Assembly: GCA_050248615.1 (NCBI GenBank)
Contig: JBFWSA010000027.1
Location: forward strand, 1 to 30,783
Length of the DNA: 30,783 nt
From: Simkaniaceae bacterium
Lineage (GTDB): Bacteria; Chlamydiota; Chlamydiia; Chlamydiales; Simkaniaceae
Direction of reading: 5' to 3'
This document shows, piece by piece, positions 8,900 to 17,176 of the stretch. Every line of letters starts with the position of its first letter. The stretch's first letter is position 1. The notes below the pieces were generated by a model, which had not been told where the DNA came from, ran no database searches, and saw only the letters and a list, made by a program, of their open reading frames with translations. The position numbers and the translations under genes were made by a program.

Positions 8900-9610
8900 T
8901 TATATAAGTATTTTTCCGATAAGTCCAAGCATAAACCCTAAGACAGCACCGAAAGAGGGTGCCCAATGGCGTTTGAGTTGGGCTTGAGGCGCAATATCTT
9001 GAAAAACCAAATAGAGAATCCCCCCTGCAGCAAACAACATGATACCAGAGATGATTGAAGGATAATCTGAAAGAAAAAAATACCCTGATAACCCTGCAAT
9101 AGGACCCAATAATGACATCAGGAGAAATATCCCTATAATTACCCTCCCCTTTTGCCGTGAAGCTGCACGCAACTCCAGATAAGCATTGAATCCTTCAGGA
9201 ATGTTCTGAATCACAATCAAAAAACCCAATAACAGTGCGTAAGGCTTATCTAAGAGATAGACAGCACCAAGGGCAACAACCTCAGGAATAAAATCAAGTA
9301 ACATCGCTGCAAGCTGGGGCACTTGTTCCTTTTTTCTATGAAGAAAGCGGTCAAGCCCCATAAAGACAAGCCCCCCTAATCCAAAGGAAAAAACAACAAA
9401 AAAAGCATGCAAGTTACGCATCCCATCATGAACAAGAACAAGGGCTATGGCAGAGACAAGAATCCCCCCTCCAAAAGCAATCACGGTATGGCGCAGTTCT
9501 GTTTCAAGCCACCGATTGCTGATATGCTCAATGGCAGCAAGCAATCCTCCAACAACCATGGCTAGACCTGCTGCAAATGTTAAACAAAAAACAATTAACC
9601 AATCGCTCAT
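8900..9610 (-). CDS. ZIP family (ZupT/GufA-like) divalent metal transporter
   Basis: AFGGGILVSA, LLDFIPE, IQNIPEGFNAY and FAAGGILYLVFQDIAPQA; multiple TM helices. Confidence 0.85.
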   Translation of the reverse strand: MSDWLIVFCLTFAAGLAMVVGGLLAAIEHISNRWLETELRHTVIAFGGGILVSAIALVLVHDGMRNLHAFFVVFSFGLGGLVFMGLDRFLHRKKEQVPQLAAMLLDFIPEVVALGAVYLLDKPYALLLGFLIVIQNIPEGFNAYLELRAASRQKGRVIIGIFLLMSLLGPIAGLSGYFFLSDYPSIISGIMLFAAGGILYLVFQDIAPQAQLKRHWAPSFGAVLGFMLGLIGKILI

Positions 9611-9613
9611 CAA

Positions 9614-10363
9614 TTATGGACTCTTACACTCTCTTGCCAATTTTATCAATTGCTTCTCTCGGGGAATCCTCTGATCTGCTTGGATCTGATCTCCTTGGAT
9701 ACAATAAGCAAAAACAAAACATTTCTGCCCCTTTTCTATCCATCCCACACACCAACCTATTTGTCCCCTTTCCACATTTCCAAGCCCCGTTTTACCGAAT
9801 AGCTTCCAACCTTCAGGGAGGTGATCGAGAAATAAAAAAGAGCGCGTGCATTGAGCTGCCTCTTTTGTAATAGGCAACTCTCCTCGAACCAGCTTCTGAA
9901 TAAAACCCACCTGCTCTCTTGGTGAAATTTCTAGAGAAGAACTCAGCCATGCCTTTGTTAAACCTCCTGAAAAATCTTGATTCCCATACCCAAATGCCTT
10001 TAAGTACTTCTGAATTGTTTCTAAACCCAATTGCTGAGCTAAAAGCTGGGAGTACCAAAGGCAAGAATTTTTTATCCAGGAAGAAGGGGTTTGGGGCATT
10101 TTCCATGAATCTAAATAGGCAACATACTCTTCTTGAAAATTCCAAACCGGGCTCTCAGAATTTTTTAGCAACCCTGAATCAAAACCCATTAAACATAACA
10201 CGACTTTAAAGGTTGAGCAGGGTGTCATCCGATGATTTAGATGGGGGCCAAATTCTAGAATCACCTCACCGGTATCACCTTCCATCAGAAGAAAACTCTC
10301 TTCACCCTTTAGGCTAGAAAAGAAAGTACAAATGAGTAAAAAAAATAGAACTTTTAGTCGCGT
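9614..10363 (-). CDS. Class D (OXA-like) beta-lactamase / penicillin-recognising serine hydrolase
   Basis: PCSTFK (SxxK), SCLWYSQ, YGN, WL.SSL.ISP.EQ and KTG. The frame is open upstream of the 10285 ATG through a signal-peptide-like stretch beginning at ACG 10363. Confidence 0.88.
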   Translation of the reverse strand, partial: TRLKVLFFLLICTFFSSLKGEESFLLMEGDTGEVILEFGPHLNHRMTPCSTFKVVLCLMGFDSGLLKNSESPVWNFQEEYVAYLDSWKMPQTPSSWIKNSCLWYSQLLAQQLGLETIQKYLKAFGYGNQDFSGGLTKAWLSSSLEISPREQVGFIQKLVRGELPITKEAAQCTRSFLFLDHLPEGWKLFGKTGLGNVERGQIGWCVGWIEKGQKCFVFAYCIQGDQIQADQRIPREKQLIKLARECKSP

Positions 10364-10956
10364 AACCTTTTGCTTATTTTTGCAAACTTCTCAGGTTCAA
10401 AGAATTTAATATCCTCTAGAAAAGTTTCTTTATCGGAGGCATTCATGTGGGGGAACAAGATATGCAGCATCTCCTCTAACTCCTCAGCGGTCATCTCCCG
10501 ATAGGTCGGTGCTTCAACTAGGCGCAGCTCTTCATCTCTATAAAGCCTTTGGAGTTCAGGTAAAATTTTAGTCTCTTCTTCATGAAGATGCAATAGATTA
10601 TCCCCAACAAATTTACGAAATACCAAATAGAGTTGATAACCCACCTCTAGGGGATCATCACTATCCTTCACCTCTTCAAACAATCTATCGATCTTCTGAA
10701 AGGTTTGATCCAGCTCTTCATGTTGGGCATGAGCCTCTAGGTGGACTACGGATCCCTTTTGCTCTAGGAGAGGGTGTAAGCGCTCTTCTTCATAACGGGC
10801 ATGTTCTTGCAACAGCGAGGCCATTTCCCTCCACTCTCGTTTTGCATGTGCAACCTCTGCGCTACATCTAAAATCGGTCTTCGCAAGAAGCCTTTCGAGG
10901 GTATTCAAAGCGGCGCTGACATATTTATGTTCTCTGTAAAACTTCACTCGCATCAT
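10354..10956 (-). CDS. Hemerythrin (HHE cation-binding) domain protein
   Basis: EH..., HARYEE..LHP, HAQHEELD and HLHEEE..ILP repeats. Confidence 0.85.
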   Translation of the reverse strand: MMRVKFYREHKYVSAALNTLERLLAKTDFRCSAEVAHAKREWREMASLLQEHARYEEERLHPLLEQKGSVVHLEAHAQHEELDQTFQKIDRLFEEVKDSDDPLEVGYQLYLVFRKFVGDNLLHLHEEETKILPELQRLYRDEELRLVEAPTYREMTAEELEEMLHILFPHMNASDKETFLEDIKFFEPEKFAKISKRLRD

Positions 10957-11509
10957 AATTCAAGTACCTAAAAAGGATTTTTTTCTTCATTTCTTCTAAG
11001 GGGTATTCACTGGGGCCTAACATATATTCTAGAGAAATTCCCTGGAGAAGAGAGCGTAGATAAGTCGCTTCCCCTTCTGGATCGGAAAAGCCCAACTCTA
11101 AAAACACCTTCTTTTCCATGTGGAAAATCTTTGCAAAATGCCCTTCATATTTTTTCATCGCTTCTCGAATGGCAGAAACCCCATCTTCGGTCAAATACAG
11201 CATCGTGATAAAGCGGAGTTTTGCTGTATCTCGCTTGAGCTCTTCTAAAACAAAATTCACTAAAAAAAGGATTCTTTCCTTGGGGTCTTGAATCCCCTCC
11301 ATCCCGTCAGCAAGGGGGGCAAAATCCTCTAATCTTCTCTTAGCAAAGATCACTAGTAAGTCTTTCTTACTGGAAAAGTAGTGGTAAAAGAGGGCTTTGG
11401 AAACCCCCGCCTCTTTCATGATCGCCGCAATACTGCTCTCATGATATCCCCTCTGCGCAAAAACCTTGAGGGCTGCTTCTAAAATTCTTTTTTCACTTTT
11501 GTTTTTCAT
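10925..11509 (-). CDS. TetR/AcrR family transcriptional regulator
   Basis: RILEAALKVFAQRGY...I.KEAGVSKALFYHYFSSKKDL. Likely ATG at 11509. Confidence 0.93.
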   Translation of the reverse strand: MKNKSEKRILEAALKVFAQRGYHESSIAAIMKEAGVSKALFYHYFSSKKDLLVIFAKRRLEDFAPLADGMEGIQDPKERILFLVNFVLEELKRDTAKLRFITMLYLTEDGVSAIREAMKKYEGHFAKIFHMEKKVFLELGFSDPEGEATYLRSLLQGISLEYMLGPSEYPLEEMKKKILFRYLNYDASEVLQRT

Positions 11510-11520
11510 AGTAATGTTAC

Positions 11521-11550
11521 AGAATATCTTAAAACTGACCGATCGGTCAA
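11521..11550 (-). promoter_or_regulatory. tetR promoter with perfect palindromic operator
   Basis: TGACCGATCGGTCA (11536-11549) is a perfect 14-bp palindrome overlapping the -35 TTGACC; TATTCT lies 18 bp downstream. Confidence 0.7.
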
Positions 11551-11561
11551 TATTTTTTCTC

Positions 11562-11592
11562 TTTACCCTCACGTTACGTGATGTTTTATATT
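11562..11592 (+). promoter_or_regulatory. MerR-type promoter/operator (19-bp spacer)
   Basis: TTTACC, 19-bp spacer, TATATT, with dyad TCACGT-T-ACGTGA inside the spacer; typical of TipA/Mta promoters. Confidence 0.8.
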
Positions 11593-11635
11593 GGGAACAT
11601 CCTTTAAAATCATAGGGATATTAGAGGAGAAAGGA

Positions 11636-12397
11636 ATGGTTTATACAGTCACTCAATTGGCAACACTTTCTAAAGTGAGTGTGAGAACACTCCACTGGTA
11701 CGATGAGCTTGGACTCTTAAAGCCTGCCTATTATGGATCCAATGGGTATCGCTATTATGCAGAAAAAGAGCTCCTTCATTTGCAGCAAATCCTTTTCTTT
11801 AGAGAATTGGGTTTTGAATTAATGCAGATTAAGAAAATCTTGGGGCGGAGCGATTTTGATCAGATCGTGGCTCTGAGCTCTCATCGTCAAGTTTTAGAGA
11901 AAAGCCTTAAAAGAACACGTGAGTTGATTCAAACCATTGACAAAACAATTAAACATTTAAAAGGAAACAGAAAAATGAAAGAACAGGAAGTATTCGGTGG
12001 CTTCGATCAAGCCAAGCAGAAAGAATACGAACAGCAGCTCATTAACCGCTTTGGCGATAAAGTCAAGGTGAGCTTTGCAGAATGTAAGCGGAACGTCAAA
12101 CATTGGACCCAAAAGGATTGGGACAATACAGGTGACGCATTTAAGGTAATCGGTAAAAAGTTAGCCCAGCTCATAGAGCAAAAGGCTAAAGTTGACTCAA
12201 AAGAAGTGCAAGACGTTATCCGTATGCATTTCAAATGGCTCAAACAGTTTTGGACCCCCACAAAGGAGTCTTACCCTGCTCACGGACTATTAATCGTAGA
12301 AACAGATCTACGTAAACCTTACGAAGCCTTTCATAAGGATTTGCCAGAGTTCCTCGCTAAGGGGATCCAAATCTTTGCCGAAAACGAACTCAAATAA
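11636..12397 (+). CDS. MerR family regulator with TipAS antibiotic-recognition domain (TipA/Mta-like)
   Basis: YTV.QLA.LSKVSVRTLHWYDELGLLKP...NGYRYY, LQQILFFRELGF and C-terminal EVQDVIRMHF.W...FWTP. ATG 11636 follows GAGGAG. Confidence 0.92.
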   Translation: MVYTVTQLATLSKVSVRTLHWYDELGLLKPAYYGSNGYRYYAEKELLHLQQILFFRELGFELMQIKKILGRSDFDQIVALSSHRQVLEKSLKRTRELIQTIDKTIKHLKGNRKMKEQEVFGGFDQAKQKEYEQQLINRFGDKVKVSFAECKRNVKHWTQKDWDNTGDAFKVIGKKLAQLIEQKAKVDSKEVQDVIRMHFKWLKQFWTPTKESYPAHGLLIVETDLRKPYEAFHKDLPEFLAKGIQIFAENELK

Positions 12398-12398
12398 T

Positions 12399-12432
12399 CA
12401 AAAAAGAGGCAGCTGGAAGCATCCAGCTGCCT
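12399..12432 (-). terminator. Intrinsic terminator between convergent merR and carbonic anhydrase
   Basis: AGGCAGCTGGA-AGCA-TCCAGCTGCCT (12407-12432) with a T-run on the minus strand. Confidence 0.8.
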
Positions 12433-13055
12433 TAATCGAGAAAATCAACGACACCAGTTGGAAGATTATAGTAAGCGCTATAGACTCCGATCTCTTTTTC
12501 TTGATTTCTTTGGTTAACAACAGGAGATTTCAGGATAAATGTGCGCATGCGAAGAGCATTCAGCTTTACAGAGAGCTCTAACAGGTCTTTAGGATTCATG
12601 CTTTTGGCCTTTTTCACGGAGGGCTTAATATACTTAGCAATCGTTGCTATCCCCTTTGTATCCCCTTTTGCTACAGCATCAACAGCTCCACACTTCTCAT
12701 GCCCCATCACAACCACAATCTCAGGATGGAGGTGTCCGACTGCATATTCAATGCTTTCAAGCTCTGTGGGACCTACAACATTTCCCGCCACACGAATCAC
12801 GAAGAGATCCCCCAATCCCTCATCAAAAATCACTTCAGGAACCACTCTCGAATCCGAGCAGGTCACGATCACTGCATAGGGAAATTGCCCTTCAGCTAAG
12901 GATTCTCTCCTTTCATGAGTTCGATCTGGATGAAGGAGCGTCTCATCGACAAAACGCTTATTTCCCTCTTTAAGTCTTTGGAGAGCCTCTTCAGGGGTTT
13001 GAGCACCGTTTAATGCTCCTACGCAGAGAAATAAAAAAAACAAAACCTGTTTCAT
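12432..13055 (-). CDS. Beta-class carbonic anhydrase with signal peptide
   Basis: LKEGNKRF, CSDSRV, GDLFVIRVAGN and GHEKCGAV; N-terminus MKQVLFFLFLCVGALNG. Confidence 0.92.
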   Translation of the reverse strand: MKQVLFFLFLCVGALNGAQTPEEALQRLKEGNKRFVDETLLHPDRTHERRESLAEGQFPYAVIVTCSDSRVVPEVIFDEGLGDLFVIRVAGNVVGPTELESIEYAVGHLHPEIVVVMGHEKCGAVDAVAKGDTKGIATIAKYIKPSVKKAKSMNPKDLLELSVKLNALRMRTFILKSPVVNQRNQEKEIGVYSAYYNLPTGVVDFLD

Positions 13056-13093
13056 ATTTTCTTCATAGCGCAATTCCTAAACTTTGACAAGCG

Positions 13094-13723
13094 CTATTCA
13101 ACCAGAATCGCGCGGGCAGGAGCCCCATCAGAATGGGCAATTTTTAAGGGAAGGCAGTAAAAGGTATAATTCCCTTCCTCCACATTGGCTAGATTGAGTC
13201 CTTCAACAATCACAACGTCTTTCTTGAGAAGCACTTCATGAGTAGCAACAAGATCGTGAAAAGAAGCCACGGAAAGGGCATCTACTCCTACAAGGAGAAT
13301 CCCTCTTTGAGCGATATACTCCGCTCCACTCTTATCAAGAGCAATATAGTTCTCATCAAATTCTGTGGCCCCTTGGGCCCAATGCTCGCTGTTCTTTGTC
13401 TTGATTAAAAGGCGTTTTGTTCCTTCGGGAATAGAGACCTTTTGGAAAGCGGCTTTTGTTAAAACACTTTCCCCGAATATTTCGATAACAACAGCTTCCC
13501 CAACAAGAATTTCTAAGGGGAGTGATGCAACACAACTCCCCCCTTTTAAAAAATGGCACGGGGCATCGACATGGGTTCCCGTATGGGCCCCCATTTTGAT
13601 ATAGGTGACATTGGCCATATCTCCCCCTTCTAAAGTCATCTTTCTTTCGATGTGTGTACGACGATCCCCAGGCCAAACGGGAAGGGTTTCAGAAAGGGTT
13701 AGGCTAATGTCATCTATCTTCAT
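13094..13723 (-). CDS. Cyclase family metal-dependent hydrolase (kynurenine formamidase KynB-like)
   Basis: VWPGD, HTGTHVDAP.H, GVDALSV, IVEGLNL and DGAPARA. Confidence 0.9.
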   Translation of the reverse strand: MKIDDISLTLSETLPVWPGDRRTHIERKMTLEGGDMANVTYIKMGAHTGTHVDAPCHFLKGGSCVASLPLEILVGEAVVIEIFGESVLTKAAFQKVSIPEGTKRLLIKTKNSEHWAQGATEFDENYIALDKSGAEYIAQRGILLVGVDALSVASFHDLVATHEVLLKKDVVIVEGLNLANVEEGNYTFYCLPLKIAHSDGAPARAILVE

Positions 13724-13756
13724 TTACCTATTCTTTTGGTTTTACCAAGACTAAGG

Positions 13757-13826
13757 TATACTCAAACAACTTCAAAAGTTGGTTTTGGGCTAGCGCGAAA
13801 CCAACTTTTGAAGTTGTTTGAGTATA
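13757..13826. mobile_element. 70-bp palindromic MITE-like element with TATA ends
   Basis: Perfect 29-bp arms TATACTCAAACAACTTCAAAAGTTGGTTT / AAACCAACTTTTGAAGTTGTTTGAGTATA; a related copy is at 26928. Confidence 0.75.
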
Positions 13827-13877
13827 AGTCCAAGTAGAAATGATCTCATGATTTTCTCCTCCGTTTGATCATTACCA

Positions 13878-14531
13878 TTAATGGAGCTGAAGTGTGCAGA
13901 AGGCTTCGTCGATCTGATCGATCGAAGAGATGCAACATTTGAGATCTTTTAAAAGCCCTGTAGAAAGATCATAAACCCAACCATGGATGGAGAGCTTTTT
14001 CTTTTGATTCCAGGCATTTTGAACAATCGTAGTATGACAGATATTCATGACCTGGTGCAAAACGTTAAGCTCAACTAGCCGTTCATATTTTTTTTGTGTG
14101 TCTTTAATGGGATCAAGGATCTCTTTTTCTCGAAAGGAGACATCCCGAATATGGCGCAGCCAATTATCCACCAACCCAAACTGCTTGTTCTCCATGGCTG
14201 CTGAAACACCTCCACATCCATAATGACCACACACAATCACATGCTCAATTCCTAAATAATCGATTCCGTATTGGAGGACAGAAAGACAATTAAAATCTGT
14301 ATGGGGAAAGACATTGGCTACATTCCGATGCACAAAGACCTCTCCGGGATCCAGGCCTAAAATTTCATTCGCAGGGATCCGGCTATCGGAACATCCTATC
14401 CAGAGGTATTTCGGCGTCTGTCCACCCGTAAGTCTCTCAAAAAACTCAGAGTCTTGCTTACGCTTACCTGCTGCCCATTCACGGTTATTTTCAAAAAGAT
14501 GTTTAAGTTCTCTCATAGTGACGTTGATCAT
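13878..14531 (-). CDS. can: Beta-class carbonic anhydrase (Can/YadF type, cytoplasmic)
   Basis: QTPKYLWIGCSDSR, PGEVFVHRNVAN, CGHYGCGGV and IHGWVY. Confidence 0.93.
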   Translation of the reverse strand: MINVTMRELKHLFENNREWAAGKRKQDSEFFERLTGGQTPKYLWIGCSDSRIPANEILGLDPGEVFVHRNVANVFPHTDFNCLSVLQYGIDYLGIEHVIVCGHYGCGGVSAAMENKQFGLVDNWLRHIRDVSFREKEILDPIKDTQKKYERLVELNVLHQVMNICHTTIVQNAWNQKKKLSIHGWVYDLSTGLLKDLKCCISSIDQIDEAFCTLQLH

Positions 14532-14721
14532 ACCTTTTTTCAGGTATTTTTTTTCATCATTTTTTCTTTGATCCCGTTTTTAATCATTGAATATAAGGAA
14601 TATAAAAATGTTCTACACAAATATGTACCTTTCTAACAAAATGGGATTCATAGTAATTTCAAACCGGGCACCGCTTGGGAGGAGTTACTAGCAACAATGA
14701 AACCTTTTGAGTAGGTAAACT

Positions 14722-14868
14722 ATGTCTTACATGGACGACAAAAATAAAAATAAACCTCAACAACAACAAAATAAAAATCCTTCTCCAGGATCTAACATGG
14801 CCAAAGGAGCTAATCCAAAAGCGAAAAGCTCTCCTAGAGGTCAACAACAACAGTCCAAAAAGAAATAA
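14722..14868 (+). CDS. Small basic low-complexity protein (48 aa, K/Q/N/P/S-rich)
   Basis: Manual translation MSYMDDKNKNKPQQQQNKNPSPGSNMAKGANPKAKSSPRGQQQQSKKK*; AGGT upstream and a strong terminator directly downstream. Confidence 0.65.
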   Translation: MSYMDDKNKNKPQQQQNKNPSPGSNMAKGANPKAKSSPRGQQQQSKKK

Positions 14869-14887
14869 GACTTTTACAATTTTTCTT

Positions 14888-14922
14888 AAAAGGCATGCTC
14901 GGGTGAGCATGCCTTTTTTTTT
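14888..14922 (+). terminator. Rho-independent terminator
   Basis: AAAAGGCATGCTC-GGGT-GAGCATGCCTTTT followed by a long T-run. Confidence 0.9.
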
Positions 14923-14937
14923 ATTTAAAAGTAGCGC

Positions 14938-14969
14938 TTGACCCTTACGTATACGTGATTGTGTATATT
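14938..14969 (+). promoter_or_regulatory. Second MerR-type promoter/operator (20-bp spacer)
   Basis: TTGACC-cttACGTATACGTgattgtg-TATATT, homologous to 11562-11592. Confidence 0.7.
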
Positions 14970-15014
14970 GGAAGTATCTTTTAAAATCAGTGGGATTTTA
15001 AAGGAGAGGAATCA

Positions 15015-15505
15015 ATGGCTTATACTGTGAAAAAACTTAGTAATCTCTCAGGGATATCGGTACGTACGCTCCATTTCTATGAAGAGCTTGGCCTTCGCAA
15101 GCCAGCCTATTATGGATCTAATGGCTACCGCTATTATGAAGCACAAGAGCTTTTGCAGCTCCAACAAATTCTTTTCTTTAAGGAACTTGGATTGACGCTC
15201 AAGCAAATCCAAAAAATCCTTATTGGGAAAATCTTGAAAAAAAGACCCAGTGTATCTATGGTGCCCTCGCCAAGTGTCTCGATGAAGGATACCCCCCTGG
15301 ATCCCCTGAAGTTCAAGATTTGATTGAAAAACACTATACTTTTGCAGGAGAGTTTCATGAGATCTCTCAGGAGGTTTATCGGGCCCTCGCTGAGCTCTAT
15401 CGCACCCACCCTGCTTACCAAAAGCAGCTCGATTTTTTCCATCCCAAGCTCAAGGATTTCATGTCTGAAGCCATGGAAATTTTTGCTTCTCAAATCCTTT
15501 CTTAA
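15015..15505 (+). pseudogene. TipA-like MerR paralog with internal deletion and frameshift
   Basis: The HTH is intact up to ...QIQKIL (~15221). A different frame then reads YWENLEKK...PGSPEVQDLIEKHY...FHPKLKDFMSEAMEIFA (TipAS). It is 271 nt shorter than the intact copy. Confidence 0.85.
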
Positions 15506-15513
15506 CCCAAAAA

Positions 15514-15545
15514 GGAGCTCTTTAAAAGGAGCTCCCAATTTTTAT
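15514..15545 (+). terminator. Probable terminator hairpin
   Basis: GGAGCTC-TTTAAAAG-GAGCTCC followed by a T-rich tract. Confidence 0.55.
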
Positions 15546-15633
15546 TTAATGAGTTTTTGAATTATCACATATCTTTTAATCCCGAAAATGCAATAGACTA
15601 TAATATCCAACAAACACCAAAACTGGATATATA

Positions 15634-16911
15634 ATGACTTTTGATACTTTAAACCTTCATCCAAAAATTCTTCAAGCCGTCGCAAAGGCGGGCTATTCGA
15701 AACCTACTAAGATCCAGTTAGACGCTATTCCTGAAATCTTAAAAGGATCCGATCTTCGCGCTTCAGCACAAACCGGAACGGGAAAAACGGCAGCATTTCT
15801 TCTACCCGCTTTAAACCGTTTAATGAATCCACCAATAAACGCGAGTAAGGGGCCGCGTATCCTTGTCCTTGTCCCTACAAGGGAACTTGCCATGCAGATT
15901 GCAACGCAAACCGAAAAGTACAGTAAGTATCTCAGCCAAGTGAAAACGGTTTGTGTCGTTGGGGGAGTCCCCTACCCTGCACAGGTCCGCAAACTTTCCC
16001 GTCCCTATGAGGTCTTGATCGCAACGCCAGGGCGTTTGATTGACTATATTGACCGTGGAAAAATCGACTTCTCTCGTTTAGAGATGCTTGTTCTTGATGA
16101 AGCAGATCGCATGCTAGACATGGGATTTGTGGACCCGGTCAAAAAGATCGCTTCTTGTACTCCTCCATCGAGACAAACGCTCCTATTTTCTGCAACCCTT
16201 CAAGGAAGCGTAATTCAGTTATCAGAAGCGCTCTTAAAGAATCCTGTAGAAATCGTGGTTAAGGCTGAGAAGGAAAATCATGAAAATATCAAGCAAAGTC
16301 TCCACTATGCTGATAATCTGCAGCATAAAAATCGCCTTCTAGACCATATCCTCAGTCAAGAAAATGTCACGAATGCCATTGTCTTCACTTCAACAAAGCG
16401 ACATGCGAATCAACTGGTTGGTGATCTTAAAGATAAGCAGTATTTAGCTGCAGCTTTGCATGGAAATATGAATCAAAGACAAAGAACACGGACAATCGCA
16501 CAGCTGCGCAATGGAACGGTTAAAATCTTAGTTGCAACCGATGTCGCCGCTAGAGGGATTGATGTCCAAGCCATCTCTCACGTGATCAATTACGATCTTC
16601 CTGAAACGGCTGAGGATTATGTGCATCGGATTGGAAGAACAGGGAGAGCGGGAGCTAAAGGGATTGCCCTTTCTTTTGTTACGGGTCGTGATGCCTACAA
16701 GGTAAAAAAGATTGAAAAATTTACAGCACAGGAAATTGCCATTGAGGTGATTGCGGGCTTAGAGCCCACGGGAAAAAAACAAGATACAGAACAGAAACCG
16801 AGAAAACGCGCCCGTCCCCAACGCAAAGAGGGGGCTTATCGACGTATCCATGAGAAAAAAAAGCCTGCCAAAAAACGTAGTTCTCCCCGAAAAAGGCAAA
16901 AAAATAGGTAA
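15634..16911 (+). CDS. DEAD-box RNA helicase (RhlE-like)
   Basis: Q motif, AQTGTGKT, PTRELA, TPGRL, DEAD, SAT, ARGID and HRIGRTGRAG; basic tail. Confidence 0.96.
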   Translation: MTFDTLNLHPKILQAVAKAGYSKPTKIQLDAIPEILKGSDLRASAQTGTGKTAAFLLPALNRLMNPPINASKGPRILVLVPTRELAMQIATQTEKYSKYLSQVKTVCVVGGVPYPAQVRKLSRPYEVLIATPGRLIDYIDRGKIDFSRLEMLVLDEADRMLDMGFVDPVKKIASCTPPSRQTLLFSATLQGSVIQLSEALLKNPVEIVVKAEKENHENIKQSLHYADNLQHKNRLLDHILSQENVTNAIVFTSTKRHANQLVGDLKDKQYLAAALHGNMNQRQRTRTIAQLRNGTVKILVATDVAARGIDVQAISHVINYDLPETAEDYVHRIGRTGRAGAKGIALSFVTGRDAYKVKKIEKFTAQEIAIEVIAGLEPTGKKQDTEQKPRKRARPQRKEGAYRRIHEKKKPAKKRSSPRKRQKNR

Positions 16912-16921
16912 TACCAGAGTG

Positions 16922-17176
16922 TTACCTATCTTTCCAGTTCCACCACTTGAGAAGCTCGGGATCGGGATCTTTTGTTTCCGCAAAATAGACGGCGCATCGA
17001 AAGACATAAAGCATGCACCGATCGACAGGACATTTTTTGAGAAGACATAAATCTTGATAGAGCTTTTCGGGGTCTTTTCCTATAAGCTCTTCAACAGAAA
17101 CGAAACCCAAGTCTAAAAAATCTTGGGCAATGCTTTTTCCCACCCCTGGAATCTGTTTAAACGCTGCGATTGTCAT
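16922..17176 (-). CDS. Helix-hairpin-helix protein (Cdd1 pathogenicity-locus family)
   Basis: IPGVGKSIAQD, DPEKLY, DRCMLYVFRCAVYFA and WWNWKD. Confidence 0.85.
   Translation of the reverse strand: MTIAAFKQIPGVGKSIAQDFLDLGFVSVEELIGKDPEKLYQDLCLLKKCPVDRCMLYVFRCAVYFAETKDPDPELLKWWNWKDR

Noticed and set aside
13757..13826. CRISPR array or tRNA
   Set aside because: A single long palindrome with no repeat-spacer periodicity and no cas genes.
14664..14682. Sigma54-like GGCAC promoter upstream of the small basic ORF
   Set aside because: No GC at the required -12 position (GG-N10-GA).
14659..14910. 83-aa minus-strand hydrophobic ORF
   Set aside because: Antisense shadow of the K/Q/N-rich plus-strand ORF; terminator polarity favours the plus strand.
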